Of a stretch of 64,000 nucleotides of DNA, positions 26,928 to 40,743 are shown one piece after another. Every line of letters starts with the position of its first letter. Positions within the stretch are counted from its first letter, which is position 1. A model generated the notes under the pieces. That model did no database searches and had not been told where the DNA came from. It was given only the letters and a program-made list of their open reading frames with translations. This stretch comes from Eledone cirrhosa (taxonomy: Eukaryota): assembly GCA_964016885.1 (NCBI GenBank), contig OZ024743.1, forward strand, positions 15,004,001-15,068,000. Direction: 5' to 3'. The position numbers and the translations under genes were made by a program.

Positions 26928-28435
26928 CCTTCGACCGCACCCTCCCCCCACACTTATCCCCCACTAACACCACTAACACACCCTTCCTTTTCACCGCCCA
27001 CCCCACAACTAACAATACTAACACCTCCACTCCACCCCTCATCTGACCACCCTTCCCCAACTAACATACTAACATCCCTTCCCTCCCCTCTTCTCCTCAC
27101 CCCCCTCCTTACCACACGCACACACCCATCGGCACATATATACACGCGCTCACACTAAACACACCCCCGACTACCACCACTAACCCTCACCCCCCCACAC
27201 CTCTCACCCCCCCACCTCCATCCCACCACCCCGCAGCTAACCTCACTAACACCCCTAACCCCAAGCACACGAACACACCCACCCACTTACGCCACCCACC
27301 CCACACGCAACTAACATCACTAACACCCCCCAACCCCACTCACACGTACCCACACACCCTCGTACACCACCAACTCTACCCACCCTACCACCACTAACCC
27401 CCACTCACGCCTGCATTCAACCCCTCCCCACCTCCCGTATACTAACACCCACTAACACCTCTTCATCCAACTACACACACACCAGTACACCACACTCCCT
27501 CCATAGAACCACACACACCCTTCACTCCCCGCTCCACCCACACCCTCGCTCAACACTCACTCATCCCACTAACACCCCTACTAATACACACACACCCTCC
27601 TCACTCCAACTTTCACACCGACCCATCCTCGCCCCTTTACTATTCCACCGACAGCTGCTATGCCCTCTGACCACCTCCCAGCACAAACAGACCACAGCAC
27701 TCCCACTGCTGACCACTTCCTGTTGCGCGCGCACCCCACATCTCTCCTCTTCCGACCATCGCTTCATGGAATACCCACACGCAGAAATTGACCAGCCAAC
27801 ATTCCACTAAACATCTTCGGAATTTACCAACTTTTCAACCATCCTCTTACGTAATCACCTATATAACTCACCCACACACACACCCCAGAAACTATTTTTT
27901 TCTCCACACGCCACCTACACCCACAAGACGCTTAAACCCCACACAGGTGCTTTCCACCACATATCTACACCCTCAGCCTCCTGATTCCTCTCCCCCCACC
28001 CCTCTATCCACACACGCACAGACACTCCGACCCACAAACTCCCCCCCCCCACACCTCTTCCTGAACATGCAACCCCGTTCTTCCCCCAACCCTTACTTTC
28101 ACATACACACACACACACACACACACCTACACACACACACCACCTTCAGCCCTCCCCGCTCGGACACCCCGTCTCCCTCGCCCCACTCCACCCGCCACCA
28201 CCCCTACATACCCCACACCCTTCCACCACCTGTTTAACCGCCTTTTAATTTCAGTTTATTTTGATCATGCCTTTATTTTTAAATTTATCTCATTCCTTGT
28301 ATTTTGATCATGCTTTATTTTTATTTTTATCGTTATTCTTTATTTTTTTATTTTTTCATTCACACCGTTTCCTTTCGCTATATGTCTCTCCACCACTCCC
28401 CTACACACCCTTTGAACTCTGTTCCCACACACTTC

Positions 28436-28472
28436 CCACCTGAGGAAGGGCTTATGCCCGAAACATCGTCCC
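28436..28472 (+). ncRNA. Minimal PLE hammerhead motif
   Basis: CTGAGGA-a-GGGC ttat GCCC-GAAAC-ATC (probably GTC ancestrally). Confidence 0.65.
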
Positions 28473-28580
28473 CCACCAACACCCCACTCTCCAGAGCGTG
28501 AAATTAATAAACATTTGTTGTACTGCCTCTCTGTTTTGTCCCTGTTCAAATTTTTCCATTATATATATATATATATATAT

Positions 28581-28766
28581 ACCGGGGTCCCTAAACATAT
28601 ATACACCATTTTAATATATATATTGCCTGTACAGGTAATCAAAGTGTGTATACATTTTTCGGGGAAAGCATATATATATATACCTGGGTCCTGAAAAATG
28701 TATACACCATTCTAATATATATATTTGTTGGACAGGTAATCAAAGTGTGTATACATTTTTCCGGGA

Positions 28767-28811
<45 letters not shown>

Positions 28812-28897
28812 GGTCTCCCTAAAAATGTATACAGCATTTTAATATATATATTGCCTGTACAGGTAATCAAAGTGTGTATACATTTTTCGGGGACACC

Positions 28898-28950
<53 letters not shown>

Positions 28951-31035
28951 GGTGTCCCTAAAAATATATAAACCATTCTAATATATATATTGCCTGTACA
29001 GGTAATCAAAGTGTGTATACATTTTTCGGAGAAACCATATATATATACCTGGGTCCTGAAAAATCTATACACCATTCTAATATATATATTGCCTGTACAG
29101 GTAATCAAAGTGTGTATACATTTTTCGGGGACCCCATATATATATATATATACCGGGGTCCCTAAAAATGTATACAACATTCTAATATATATATTGCCTG
29201 TACAGGTAATCAAAGTGTGTATACATTTTTCGGGGAAACCATATATATATATATACCTGGGTCCTGAAAAATGTATACACCATTCTAATATATATATTGC
29301 CTGTACAGGTAATCAAAGTGTGTATACATTTTTCGGGGACCCCATATATATATATATATACCGGGGTCCCTCAAAATGTATCCACCATTCTAATATATAT
29401 ATTGCCTGTACAGATAAACGAAGTGTGTATACATTTTTCGGGGACACCATATATATATATATATATACCGGGGTCCCTAAAAATGTATACACCATTCCAA
29501 TATATATATTGCCTGTACAGGTAATCAAAGTGTGTATACATTTTTCGGGGAAACCATATATATATATATACCTGGGTCCTGAAAAATGTATACACCATTC
29601 TAATATATATATTGGTTGTACAGGTAATCAAAGTGTGTATACATTTTTCCGGGACACCATATATATATATATATATACTGGTGTCCCTAAAAATGTATAC
29701 ACCATTCTAATATATATATATTGCCTGTACAGGTAATCAAAGTGTGTATATATTTTTCGGGGAAAACATATATATATATACCTGGGTCCTGAAAAATGTA
29801 TACACCATTCTAATATATATATTGCCTGTACAGGTAATCAAAGTGTGTATACATTTTTCGGGGACACCATATATATATATATATATATATACCGGGGTCC
29901 CTAAAAATGTATACACCATTCTAATATATATATTGCCTGTACAGGTAATCAAAGTGTGTATACATTTTTCGGAGAAACCATATATATATACCTGGGTCCT
30001 GAAAAATCTATACACCATTCTAATATATATATTGCCTGTACAGGTAATCAAAGTGTGTATACATTTTTCGGGGACCCCATATATATATATATATACCGGG
30101 GTCCCTCAAAATGTATCCACCATTCTAATATATATATTGCCTGTACAGATAAACGAAGTGTGCATACATTTTTCGGAGACACCATATATATATATATATA
30201 TGCCGGGGTCCCTAAAAATGTATACAACATTCTAATATATATATTGCCTGTACAGGTAATCAAAGTGTGTATACATTTTTCGGGGACACCATATATATAT
30301 ATATATATACCGGGGTCCCTAAAAATGTATACACCATTCCAATATATATATTGCCTGTACAGGTAATCAAAGTGTGTATACATTTTTCGGGGAAACCATA
30401 TATATATATATACCTGGGTCCTGAAAAATGTATACACCATTCTAATATATATATTGGTTGTACAGGTAATCAAAGTGTGTATACATTTTTCCGGGACACC
30501 ATATATATATATATATACTGGTGTCCCTAAAAATGTATACACCATTCTAATATATATATATTGCCTGTACAGGTAATCAAAGTGTGTATATATTTTTCGG
30601 GGAAAACATATATATATATACCTGGGTCCTGAAAAATGTATACACCATTCTAATATATATATTTGTTGTACAGGTAATCAAAGTTTGTTTACATTTTTCC
30701 GGGACACCATATATATATATATATACCGCTGTCCCTAAAATTGTATACACCATTCTAATATGTATATTGCCTGTACAGGTAATCAAAGTGTGTATACATT
30801 TTTCGAGGACACCATATATATATACCGGGGTCCCTAAAAATGTATACACCATTCTAATATATATATTGCCTGTACAGGTAATCAAAGTCTGTATACATGT
30901 TTCGGGGACACTATATATATATATATATATATATATAATAATACCGGGATCTCTAAAAATGTATACACCATCCTAACAAATAATGCATGTATAGGCAATC
31001 AAAGTGGGTATACATTTTTGGGGGATAACCTGTAT
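28581..31035. repeat. Satellite array of about 23 units with higher-order structure
   Basis: Same unit. Diagnostic variants recur at about 840-bp spacing. Confidence 0.95.
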
Positions 31036-31120
31036 ATACACAAATATGAACATATATAGAGAGAAAGTGTGTGCAAGCAAGCAAGCAAGCAAGCAATCAA
31101 TGAAGATCAGAGTTTTAGTA

Positions 31121-31195
<75 letters not shown>

Positions 31196-33033
31196 AGTGT
31201 GTGTGTTGTTTGTGCGTGTGTATATATATATGCGTGTGTCCGTATGTGTCCATGTATGTATGCATGAATGAATATAGTAAACCATTCTATCTAACTGCTA
31301 ACACTATCATATATTTTGGTCTCTATTTATTTCCTAGGGAATTGTTTGACCAAATGCTTTGCTTATTTGTTTATTTGTTTTCTTTTAAATGTATTCTTTC
31401 TGTAAGACATTGTTTTAAAGATATCTATTTTAAAGCAAGGTATTAGCCACTAAAATACTACAGTGAGCACCTGCAATGTTAACGTGGGCCCGTGCAGTGG
31501 TACAGAAAATGTTGGCGCTTTGATAGCATGCAATAAACAGAATGCACATACGAACATGTTAGTCATTATAATATATAAATCCACAATGAGACTACATGAG
31601 GTTACGTATTGTTAAATTGTAATGAACGCTGGGCAGGATATTGCCCTGTAAGCTATAAAATATATAATATATTTTTAATCGGCTGGGAATTTCTGTTTTT
31701 ATCGAAATAGCATTGATTAATTTGAGTCATTTCATACTGATATTGCTTATTAATAAACAGTAGCCGTTTGAATATATGATTTCCATCAGATAGTGTAACC
31801 TTCCAAAAGACAATCTTACATGCTGCAGCAAGTTTTGCCTTTTTAATGTCGTGGGTAATACCAATTACAAAATGTATTATCAATATATAGAATTGATATC
31901 GTTAAACTAAAATGGAAGAGCACAATTGGACACGGCAGCATTAACTACATTGCTAATAAATGCAGTCCACAAACTATAACACATGTTATTCGAATTAATA
32001 GCTTCTTTCCGGCTTTCACAAAATATCAATCAATAAATATCCAAATGGGAGTGGGCAAACATTCACACAACAAAAATATTGCTAACAATAATACGCTTCG
32101 TAACGCGACATAACAAGACTCATATTCAATTTCAGAAATACTTAGACTTTCTTATATAACTTATATAGTACACAGATTGTAACCTGATAGAAACAATATA
32201 AAAGTTAATTTCATGAATGTGAAATTCGTTACAATTGTTCTCTATTAGGCTCAGAAGAAAACGTTAATATGTAGGAAGCGAAAGTTCATAGAAGTTAATA
32301 ACATCTGTGGCATAATGAATGCTGTCAATTATAGAAATTAGCAGAGATGGTTTTTCTTTTTGTGTCGGTAATATTTGAGGCTAATAAAAAGTATAAGAAT
32401 TTGAAAATGTTATGGTTGTAGCATACAATTTTGGATATTGTCTAGCAGGGTATTCGCCAATTGCAACAAACTGCTATGACTTTCTTCTACTCCAAACTAC
32501 GTTAATGTTTAATTTCCTTTACTTATAAAAAAAACTTTTTCGAATGTATGAACTAGGCTATAATGAAATTGACATGAAACGAAGGCATGACATCAAACTT
32601 GTTTGGTCCCGGCTGCGTTTAAGAAATGCAAATGTGTTTCATATCTGGCTATTTGATTGAACATATTTGGTTTTTATAGATGAGAGGAAATATTCTTTTG
32701 CTTGATCATTATGTTACAGAACATCTTAACAAACGTTGGATTGCTTAAACACGCTTTGTTGCTGATATATATCACTTTGTCTACGGCAGTTAATAAAGTA
32801 CACATTTCCAGTTCGATATGAGACGCTACAAAATTAATACAAATGTTTCAAACTTATACAGTTCCGAAACAAAGAAACGTTTCCTACGAACCGACTTAAA
32901 ATGGAAGTTATAGATAAATAACATCACACAATCATTTCGGTCTCAAAAGAGGAAAGTAAACATTAGATTGAGATTGATTGAGATTGTCACGACCAATCGA
33001 CCGTAAATATATTCTGCTCGATAAATAAATAAT

Positions 33034-33225
33034 TGTTTCTACTTTAGGCACAAGGCCAGCAATTATCCAGTGCATTACTGGTACTTTATTTTATCGACCC
33101 CGTAAGGATGAAAGGCAAAGTCAACCTTGGCGGGATTTGAACTGAGATCGTAAAGGGACGTAACTATGCTGGAAAGCATGGCGTCCGACTCTCTACCGAT
33201 ACTGCCAATTCACCGCCAATTCACC
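33034..33225 (-). mobile_element. Full-length tRNA-derived SINE (octopod type, MetaSINE-like central domain)
   Basis: A box TGGCAGTATCGG and B box GTTCAAATCC. An 18-bp TSD GCTCGATAAATAAATAAT lies at 33016-33033 and 33226-33243. Confidence 0.9.
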
Positions 33226-34083
33226 GCTCGATAAATAAATAATGATTTTATGTTGAGTTGGTTTAACCCTCTAGGAAATACATCGTACTATAACATCTCG
33301 GAGTTAGCACGGAGATATGGTCGATATGGTCTTTCGACTTGCGAAGGTGAAGAATTTAACAATTCTATTTGAAATGAATATGAGGGGTAAACAAAATATC
33401 ATCTTTTATACGAGAAAGTCATTATACGCACACATTAAAAAATAGAAAATTAAGAAACTCATAAAAGTATGTGCTGGATAAATCCCCTCCTTTGGGCAAA
33501 CTGGAAGATGGAAGCATTTACTATACAGAGATAGATGAAACTAAATATGTATTACAAATTATATACACATATATATATAATATATATATATACATACATT
33601 GTATGGTTTAACTAATAGGTATCTAGGTTTGTTATTCAGTCATTCCTATCAGTAATAGTGTTGTAAGAAGCGAAAAGCATTCAACACCTTATGTATCGCC
33701 CACGAAATATGTGGTATCTCTTGGTTAATACGGGAACGGATTTAAGGACGCCTATGAAAAACGTGTGGAATGCAGATTCCCATAATACCTTTTACTATTG
33801 CATAATTTGTATTTGTACGGAAAATTAATTGCATCATCAGATCATAACACAATACCATCTGCGACCAGATATTCTTATTTTTGCTGTACATCAGTAAAGA
33901 TTACTTAAATTGCATCTGGTTACGAACGTGAATTTTAAAAACGTATATGTCCTAGTGATACGCAAATTGGTTATATCTATTTCAGAATGATACTAAGTGC
34001 TGATGGGTATACAATTCCACCAAATACATGTTTCCTTGTATTATGTGGCGGGTCCAATCAGGTCCGAAAATTGATTTTCATAA

Positions 34084-34145
<62 letters not shown>

Positions 34146-34148
<3 letters not shown>

Positions 34149-34303
34149 CATACTTGGGGAGGGTCATATTTCTGTAATAATATTGGCAGAATTAATAACA
34201 TAACACACTCACTGTTTGGTTGGTTTTCGCTTCTGTGTCCTTTATATCGGTTCATTTTATTTATTCGGTCCTCAATGTTACCATTGACTGACCAAGTATA
34301 ACA
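34146..34303. mobile_element. 158-bp TGT...ACA element (Ginger-like MITE or tiny solo LTR)
   Basis: TIR TGTCATACTTGG/CCAAGTATAACA (11/12) and a 4-bp TSD ATAT. A second left end lies near 51138. Confidence 0.6.
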
Positions 34304-34358
34304 ATATTTGTTTCGACACACGATTTCGTATCAAAAACCTCGCAAAACTAATTATATA

Positions 34359-34399
<41 letters not shown>

Positions 34400-34402
<3 letters not shown>

Positions 34403-34492
34403 GGAAAAATTTGAACAGGGACAAAACGGAGAGGCAGTACAACGAATGTTTATTAATTTCACGCTCTGGAGAGTGGGGTGTTGGTGGGGGAC
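34400..34492 (-). mobile_element. Solo 93-bp copy of the 3' tip of the C-rich PLE
   Basis: Reverse complement of 28468-28560 with 2 mismatches, located inside (TA)n. Confidence 0.92.
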
Positions 34493-34561
34493 AATATATA
34501 TATATATATGCAGTCTCGTTTATAAACTTTGTATGTAAACATGTACGATTTGTCTATATAC

Positions 34562-35893
34562 CAGTAGCGTAAATAGGGGTGGGGGAAAAGGGGACATGTG
34601 CTTCCGGCGCCATTTTGAGGGGGGCGCAAAATTGACCAAGATTGTTCACCTAAAAATTGAAGCAAGATTGCTACAAATTTTGAAAACAGTATACCCGCAT
34701 TTACGCGTGTGACCTGTGTGTGTGTACAGTACACTGTACACGCGTCCACGTGTGCGCGTGCCCTAGGCGTGCCTAGACTTTTTTTTGACAGAGCAGGGGG
34801 CGCTTTGAGGTCAGGTGTGCAGTCGTGGCTGTATACTGTACGTACAGCATGAATGAACAGGAATAAATCAGCTCAATGAACCTCCTATCAAATGTGGGTG
34901 CAAGTCACTTGCAAGAACAGTTTTTCACTGTGCGGTTGTGTGCTATTAATCCGTAAGTTCCTTTTGAAATGAGGAAATTATTTTCTTTTTTAATGTGCAT
35001 GAATAAAGACTTATGTTTTCCGTTGCTCAATACATTAGCCCATCAATTCTTTGTGCTCTATAACTTGAACGAATTTGGACGAAAAGGCGATATGTGTTAA
35101 CTGTGACAACCATTCACTTAACCTCGTTGGTTTGACCGCAGCGAATAGTAGCCTTAAAGTTATGTCATTTTTCAACGCCATCGAGTCATTGTTTGCGTTC
35201 TTTTCGCGATCAACACGGCGTTGAGAAAAGTTAAAGCAAGCAATCGCTTTCGTTCTAAGATTTCCATCGGACACCAGGTGGAGCGCAAGAGAAGATGCTG
35301 TAAAGCATCTTGCAAACTTTCTGAATGGAATCCTTGAGCTTCTGCAAAAGTTGGTAGAGGCTAATGAGGAGAAATCCGTTACACGAAGTGATGTAGGACA
35401 TCTTTAAAGCCAAAAGCTTGTCTTCCACTTCTTCGTGTTGCTTGGATTTTAGAATAGGATTCTGACTCGAATAGATCGCGTTCAGAAACGCCTTCAAGAT
35501 CCAACATTGAACTTACGGGATGCCGCTGATGACATCAAAGCCCTCCAGCAGTATTTCGCGGATAATGGAAGTACTATTACCCAGCAATCACTTCCATTAT
35601 CCGCGAAATACTGCATTGAGTCAAGTCAACGCTGGAGTTGCGGAAGGCCAAGACGGCAGCTTTCAAATAATTCTGAAGATGAATTACTATCACCTGCCAG
35701 TGAATTAAAAACAGTCATGCAAACTGTTCTCCTTCGAATTCAATCAGAAATGCAGCTACGATTTGCCCGTCTCAACGATATTGACGCGAGGTTTGACTTT
35801 CTCCTCGATGTCCGCTCTCTGTGCTATCCACATTTTCCAGACGACCTCGAGTTCGAGCTTGCCCCGGGCGCAAAATCCCTAGTTACACTACTG
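34562..35893 (+). mobile_element. Internally deleted hAT (Tip100-like) transposon
   Basis: TIR CAGTAGCGTAAATAGGG/CCCTAGTTACACTACTG and TSD CTATATAC/CCATATAC. Transposase remnant DTRWSAR...IDRVQKRLQDPTLNL. Confidence 0.85.
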
Positions 35894-38654
35894 CCATATA
35901 CAGATATACACTACTGCCATATACAGATATATAAACCTTTAAGACAAGTGTTCCATTGGATTATACGAAGATCTGTGACAGCAACGTTGATCTATTAGGC
36001 AATCATTAGAACATTAGCCGGAACCCGGGTGACTTCATCAGATGTTAACGCAGATATGTAAGTGAATTGAAAGGTGGAAGGCTAAAGCCAAGCCCTTTAT
36101 TTCTTAATTAAATTATGCCTCATTTTACCCAAGCATCTGCCATGTATTACACATGTTTCTCCCCTATCTACCTCCATATATACATGTGTATGTGCGTCCA
36201 TACGGGAACACACACCAATTCTACTCATGCTGATGAGTCCCACTAGGACTTTGACATTCAATATCAGCACGGATGTGACATTAGTGGTACCAACAGTGGC
36301 TGTCGATATAACATTTGTATTGGTGTCAGTTGTGGTCACCATCGGTCCTTTGATTGTAGTGGTTTTTAATGTTGGCGTGAGTGACTTTAGTTCTGAAACC
36401 GATGTAGGTGGTTCAGTATATAAACATACACAAATATACATACATTCCTAGAGGCCTCGGTATCTAAATGCATGCACACAAACATTCATCATTCATACAT
36501 ACAAATATAAATACAAACATACATTATACTTTAAGATATACCCTGCCAATCTTTGTAATACAAGTTTCCATTTAATCCATCTTCCTATGCACAGTACTAC
36601 ATTCATCTTCAAGTTTTCCCGATGGAAGGTAACTAACCTATACAAAATATTTTATTTAGGAAGGTATGCGTATAGTGATTTTCTCTTTTGAGTAAGGGTA
36701 TTTTGTTTCACGTTTACACTTCATTTCGATACAATTTTTAATATTTTTGTAACCAAAATGAAACGTCATACCAATTTTTTCTTCTCCCTGCGTAAACTGC
36801 AATGTGTTCATGACAATAACAATTATCTAAAAGATGTCCAAACCAATTTAACACTAATTTACTTATAGTAGGTGTGATATATTTTCTATCCGAGATCATA
36901 TTTGATCAAGTAGAATATGATAAATGGTAGAGCCGCTGGGACTCTCTATAAATTTAAAATTCACTATCCTTCGTTGAAACCAAATTATTGTTTCGGGGAT
37001 ATTTATCTCCTATATCATGCACTTCCGGTGAGTTCGTGTGAGACGTACTTTTGGTTCAGAAATATAAGTTTGAAGTATTTCTATTGATTGTGTTGTGTCA
37101 AATATAGAACTGAAAATGCTTTCGTAATTTTATTCTTTACTATCTACCATAGACACATTATATCAGCAAGAAAACATTATTAAGTAAAATTCAGTTTAAG
37201 TTGTATGTATGAGAACGTCCAAACAAACAAGTATTTCATCACACCTTTAATCAATTCAATCCAATAAACTCATATGAAACACACGTGCATTTGTTAAACG
37301 CTACCTTGGCCAACAATATTTGACATAACATGCTTTCGGTCGACGTTATTTGCAGTGTAATCAAGTTGGATAAAGCCTTGCCTTTTTTTAGAAATAAAAG
37401 AAATGTAATATTAAAGTCGGTAGTGGACGAAAGACATAGCTGATAAGATAGAGGAATAATGATGCTGCGCCGAGGCCCAAAGACGAGCCAAGAAAAATTC
37501 ACTAACTACATATTGGAACGATAATCTTTGAAAAATTCTGTTATATTATCTTTAACGTTATCCTTAAAGTTTACAAATATAATAGGTTTTCTCAATTTTC
37601 TCTAATTGACAGATTTCATTATGTTACTTAACTTATTCAGTTGTATGAACTTTCGTTCTGCTCTAAAACACTATTCTCATTGTGTTTAATACAGAACAAT
37701 TTTAACGAGCTTAACATTAATGAAATTAACTTCTACCGTCTTGTAAAAAGCTGTGTAGTATATAAGTAATATATGAAACTCTAATGTATATAGACACGTA
37801 GCATTTATGAAATTTAACATGAAGCGTCTTGGGAGAAAATACCTTATTCATAGCAATATTTTGGTGCAAGTGTAAGTGCTTGAGCACACCCATCGGATAT
37901 TGATTGATTGATAACATATGAAAGCTGAAAAGATGCTATTCATTAGAATAACTTTTTGCGTGAAGTTAGTTGACTGCATTTATTAGCAATTTAGTTACTG
38001 TTTGTTGTCTTGTCAATTACTGCCCTTCCGTTGTGACTTTACGAAATATAGGCTAATACATTATGAAATTGGTGTCGAACACGAAAATGGAACTGCAACT
38101 AAATATATTCACACATCTCTCAAAGAAACGTGCAACATATTGTATAAATGTATTGTGTTAGGTGAAAGAAACATGCCTGAATCATATCTCAATATAGATA
38201 GAATGTATATCTAATGGGCAGCATATACTGGAGAAAAGATGATATAATCAAATCTCATTTTAGAAAAATCATTCGATTTTAAAATTACTGTGCATTGTTG
38301 AACTTATCAATTCTGTATAAGATAACTTTCAGCTACTACTCATTGCAGTTTAACAATAGACATGGCCTTATAGACTCACTGTGGAACTATATATTATACA
38401 GATTAAAATGTTCGATTTTGCTTTATGTTTTCGAGCTATCGAATGAAGCGACAAAGCTCTCTTAATCTTCCCATTCCCCACACGGAGTTCAAGGATCAAA
38501 TTTAAACCGTTTTGCTCCGCGCCGCCCGATCCTCTCTGAATTACCCCGGAATTGGAAAAATTAACAATCATCCTGATTGCGGTCTAATAACCTATGTTAA
38601 ATATATATACTTACACTATATACATATCCACACACGCACACATACACAGACGCA

Positions 38655-39008
<354 letters not shown>

Positions 39009-39959
39009 TATATATATATATGTGTGCACATATATAGAAACATAATTTGAAAATGTATGAAGGATGAGTGTATATGAATTTTCATGAATTGTTCGATTCT
39101 CAGCACGAAGGGTTGCCGTAAAGGCTGATTGCTATATGTATAGTAAAAGCTTGCGTTAAGATATAACCACATACTGAGCGGAGGGACAGAGAGATGGAGA
39201 TAATGGAAGAAAACGAGTATAAACATGAGAAGAGAAATGAGAGGGTTATAGAAACACAGGTGTGGAGAGGAGAGGAGCAAAGTGGGAATGGAGCAGAAAT
39301 TTTGGAGAATTTGCAAGAAATAAATTTAAAAAAAAGGAGAAGGATGACGAAAGTAAAGTAACAAGAAAAATAGAGCTTTAGCGTCATAAGAAATCATGCA
39401 CTCATTATCTTTCTTCTAGACTACTTTGTTTTTCGATGGAAAAAGGAAGGAACATGTGTGTAATTGTAGCCCGCGCAACTAAGTTTAAGTTTCTGTTGGT
39501 CTGATGCTGGAATAGCGGAACAAGAGAGCAGTGGGGCACGTGCATACCGAGCCGTGGTCGACAGGAAAAGAGGCTGCAGCATCAGTAGATGACAAGAGAC
39601 CAGAAATATCAGCATCGGCAGTTGTAATAACATGGGAGTGAGGCGACAGAGGGAGAGACGAAATAGACTAAGAAAGGATAGAAGGAGAGACAAAAATAGG
39701 CGTGCAGACAGAGGAAGTAGTAGCAGCAACGGTAAAAACATGGGTGATGGTTGATAGAGGGGGGGGGGCAGAAGAGGTTAAGAGGGACAAATGAGGTAGA
39801 TATATAAATGTAAAAAGAATTACCTGTCCCTGTCACCGTTGTTCGTTTAATTTGGAAAGCCTTTATCTCCTTCCCTCCTTTCATCCACCCAATATGTAGT
39901 TATATCTTTCACCCGGTCTTTTTTTTACACATTTAGTAATCAGGCATTTATAGCTAGCC

Positions 39960-40736
39960 CATCGCGCTGAAATCTTGCAAATGTTGAAACGTTATATACA
40001 CTCATCGCCAAGAAGATCAACGACGGCAAGGCCCACGGAAAATATGGAGTGGGATGAGAGTTGATGAAGTGGTGTGATTTTGTTGATATCAACCAGAAAT
40101 TCTGTAATCAGGCACTGGAGAAAGGTGTTGCTCCGAATCAGTGGAGGATCAGTAACATCGTCCCAGTACCAAATAGGGATATCTCTCTAACACCAATAAC
40201 TAGAGAGCGATCTCACTGACGTCACTTGTGGCAAAGAACCTCAACAGGATGATTCTTAACAGGATCGAGCCCAAGATGGAGAGAAGCTAAGGGATATTCA
40301 GAATGGCTTCAAAGACGGGAGATCAAGCACCAGTTGATGCCGAGGAGGATAATAGAGGGGGTAGATCAAAGAGCCTTCCTGCTGTCATGGTTTTCATTGA
40401 CCTTAGGAAGGCCTTTGATTCTATCGAGAGTGACAGTCTGATGAAGGACTTAAATGCTTATGGAATCCCGGAGAAGATAGTGGACCTGATATCACTGCTC
40501 TACACCAACACCAGAGGCCAAGTAATTTCACCTGATGGGATAACGAAGTTCTTTGAGATACTGGTTGGAGTGCTCCAGGGAGATACATTGGGTCCCAACA
40601 TTTTTATCATCGCAGTGGACTATTGTGTGCACCATGCGCTGGAGAAACACCTGGACTCTGGCTTTACTGTAGCACTGGCTCAGAGCAGGAGAGTTAAGGC
40701 TAAAAAGATATCGGATGCTGCATTTGCTGACGATAT
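39960..40736 (+). pseudogene. RTE/RTE-X-like LINE RT fragment
   Basis: W..SNIVPVP, AISLTSLVAK, FIDLRKAFDSI, GVLQGDTL.P, FADD. It is cut off by the Helitron immediately after FADD. Confidence 0.85.
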
Positions 40737-40743
40737 ATATCTA

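Larger units (their letters stand above)
23980..28560 (+). mobile_element. C-rich Penelope-like element (Neptune-type)
   Basis: RT + GIY-YIG coding region, a long C/A-rich 3' region, a minimal HHR and an AATAAA. It ends in (TA)n. Confidence 0.9.
21074..31124 (-). mobile_element. Helitron body carrying the MITE-derived satellite and two nested insertions
   Basis: 30945-31124 is the reverse complement of the 5' portion of the Helitron at 40744-41388. The satellite continues leftwards to 21074. Confidence 0.7.

Noticed and set aside
28839-30976. Long repetitive ORFs ([12 protein letters not shown]...)
   Set aside because: They are chance open frames through the satellite.
21074-31035. CRISPR-like array (palindromic repeats with variable spacers)
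   Set aside because: The spacers are only (TA)n of varying length, the repeats are about 80 bp, there are no cas genes, and the context is eukaryotic. It is a MITE-derived satellite.
33130-33225. tRNA gene
   Set aside because: The A and B boxes belong to a SINE head, and no cloverleaf can be formed.
36097-36441. Thr-rich mucin-like ORF
   Set aside because: It has no clear splice signals or domain, and the opposite strand carries HHR-like motifs, suggesting a repeat origin.
39070-39110. Possible minus-strand HHR (CTGAGAA..GAAA)
   Set aside because: The core lacks a nucleotide and the stems are marginal.
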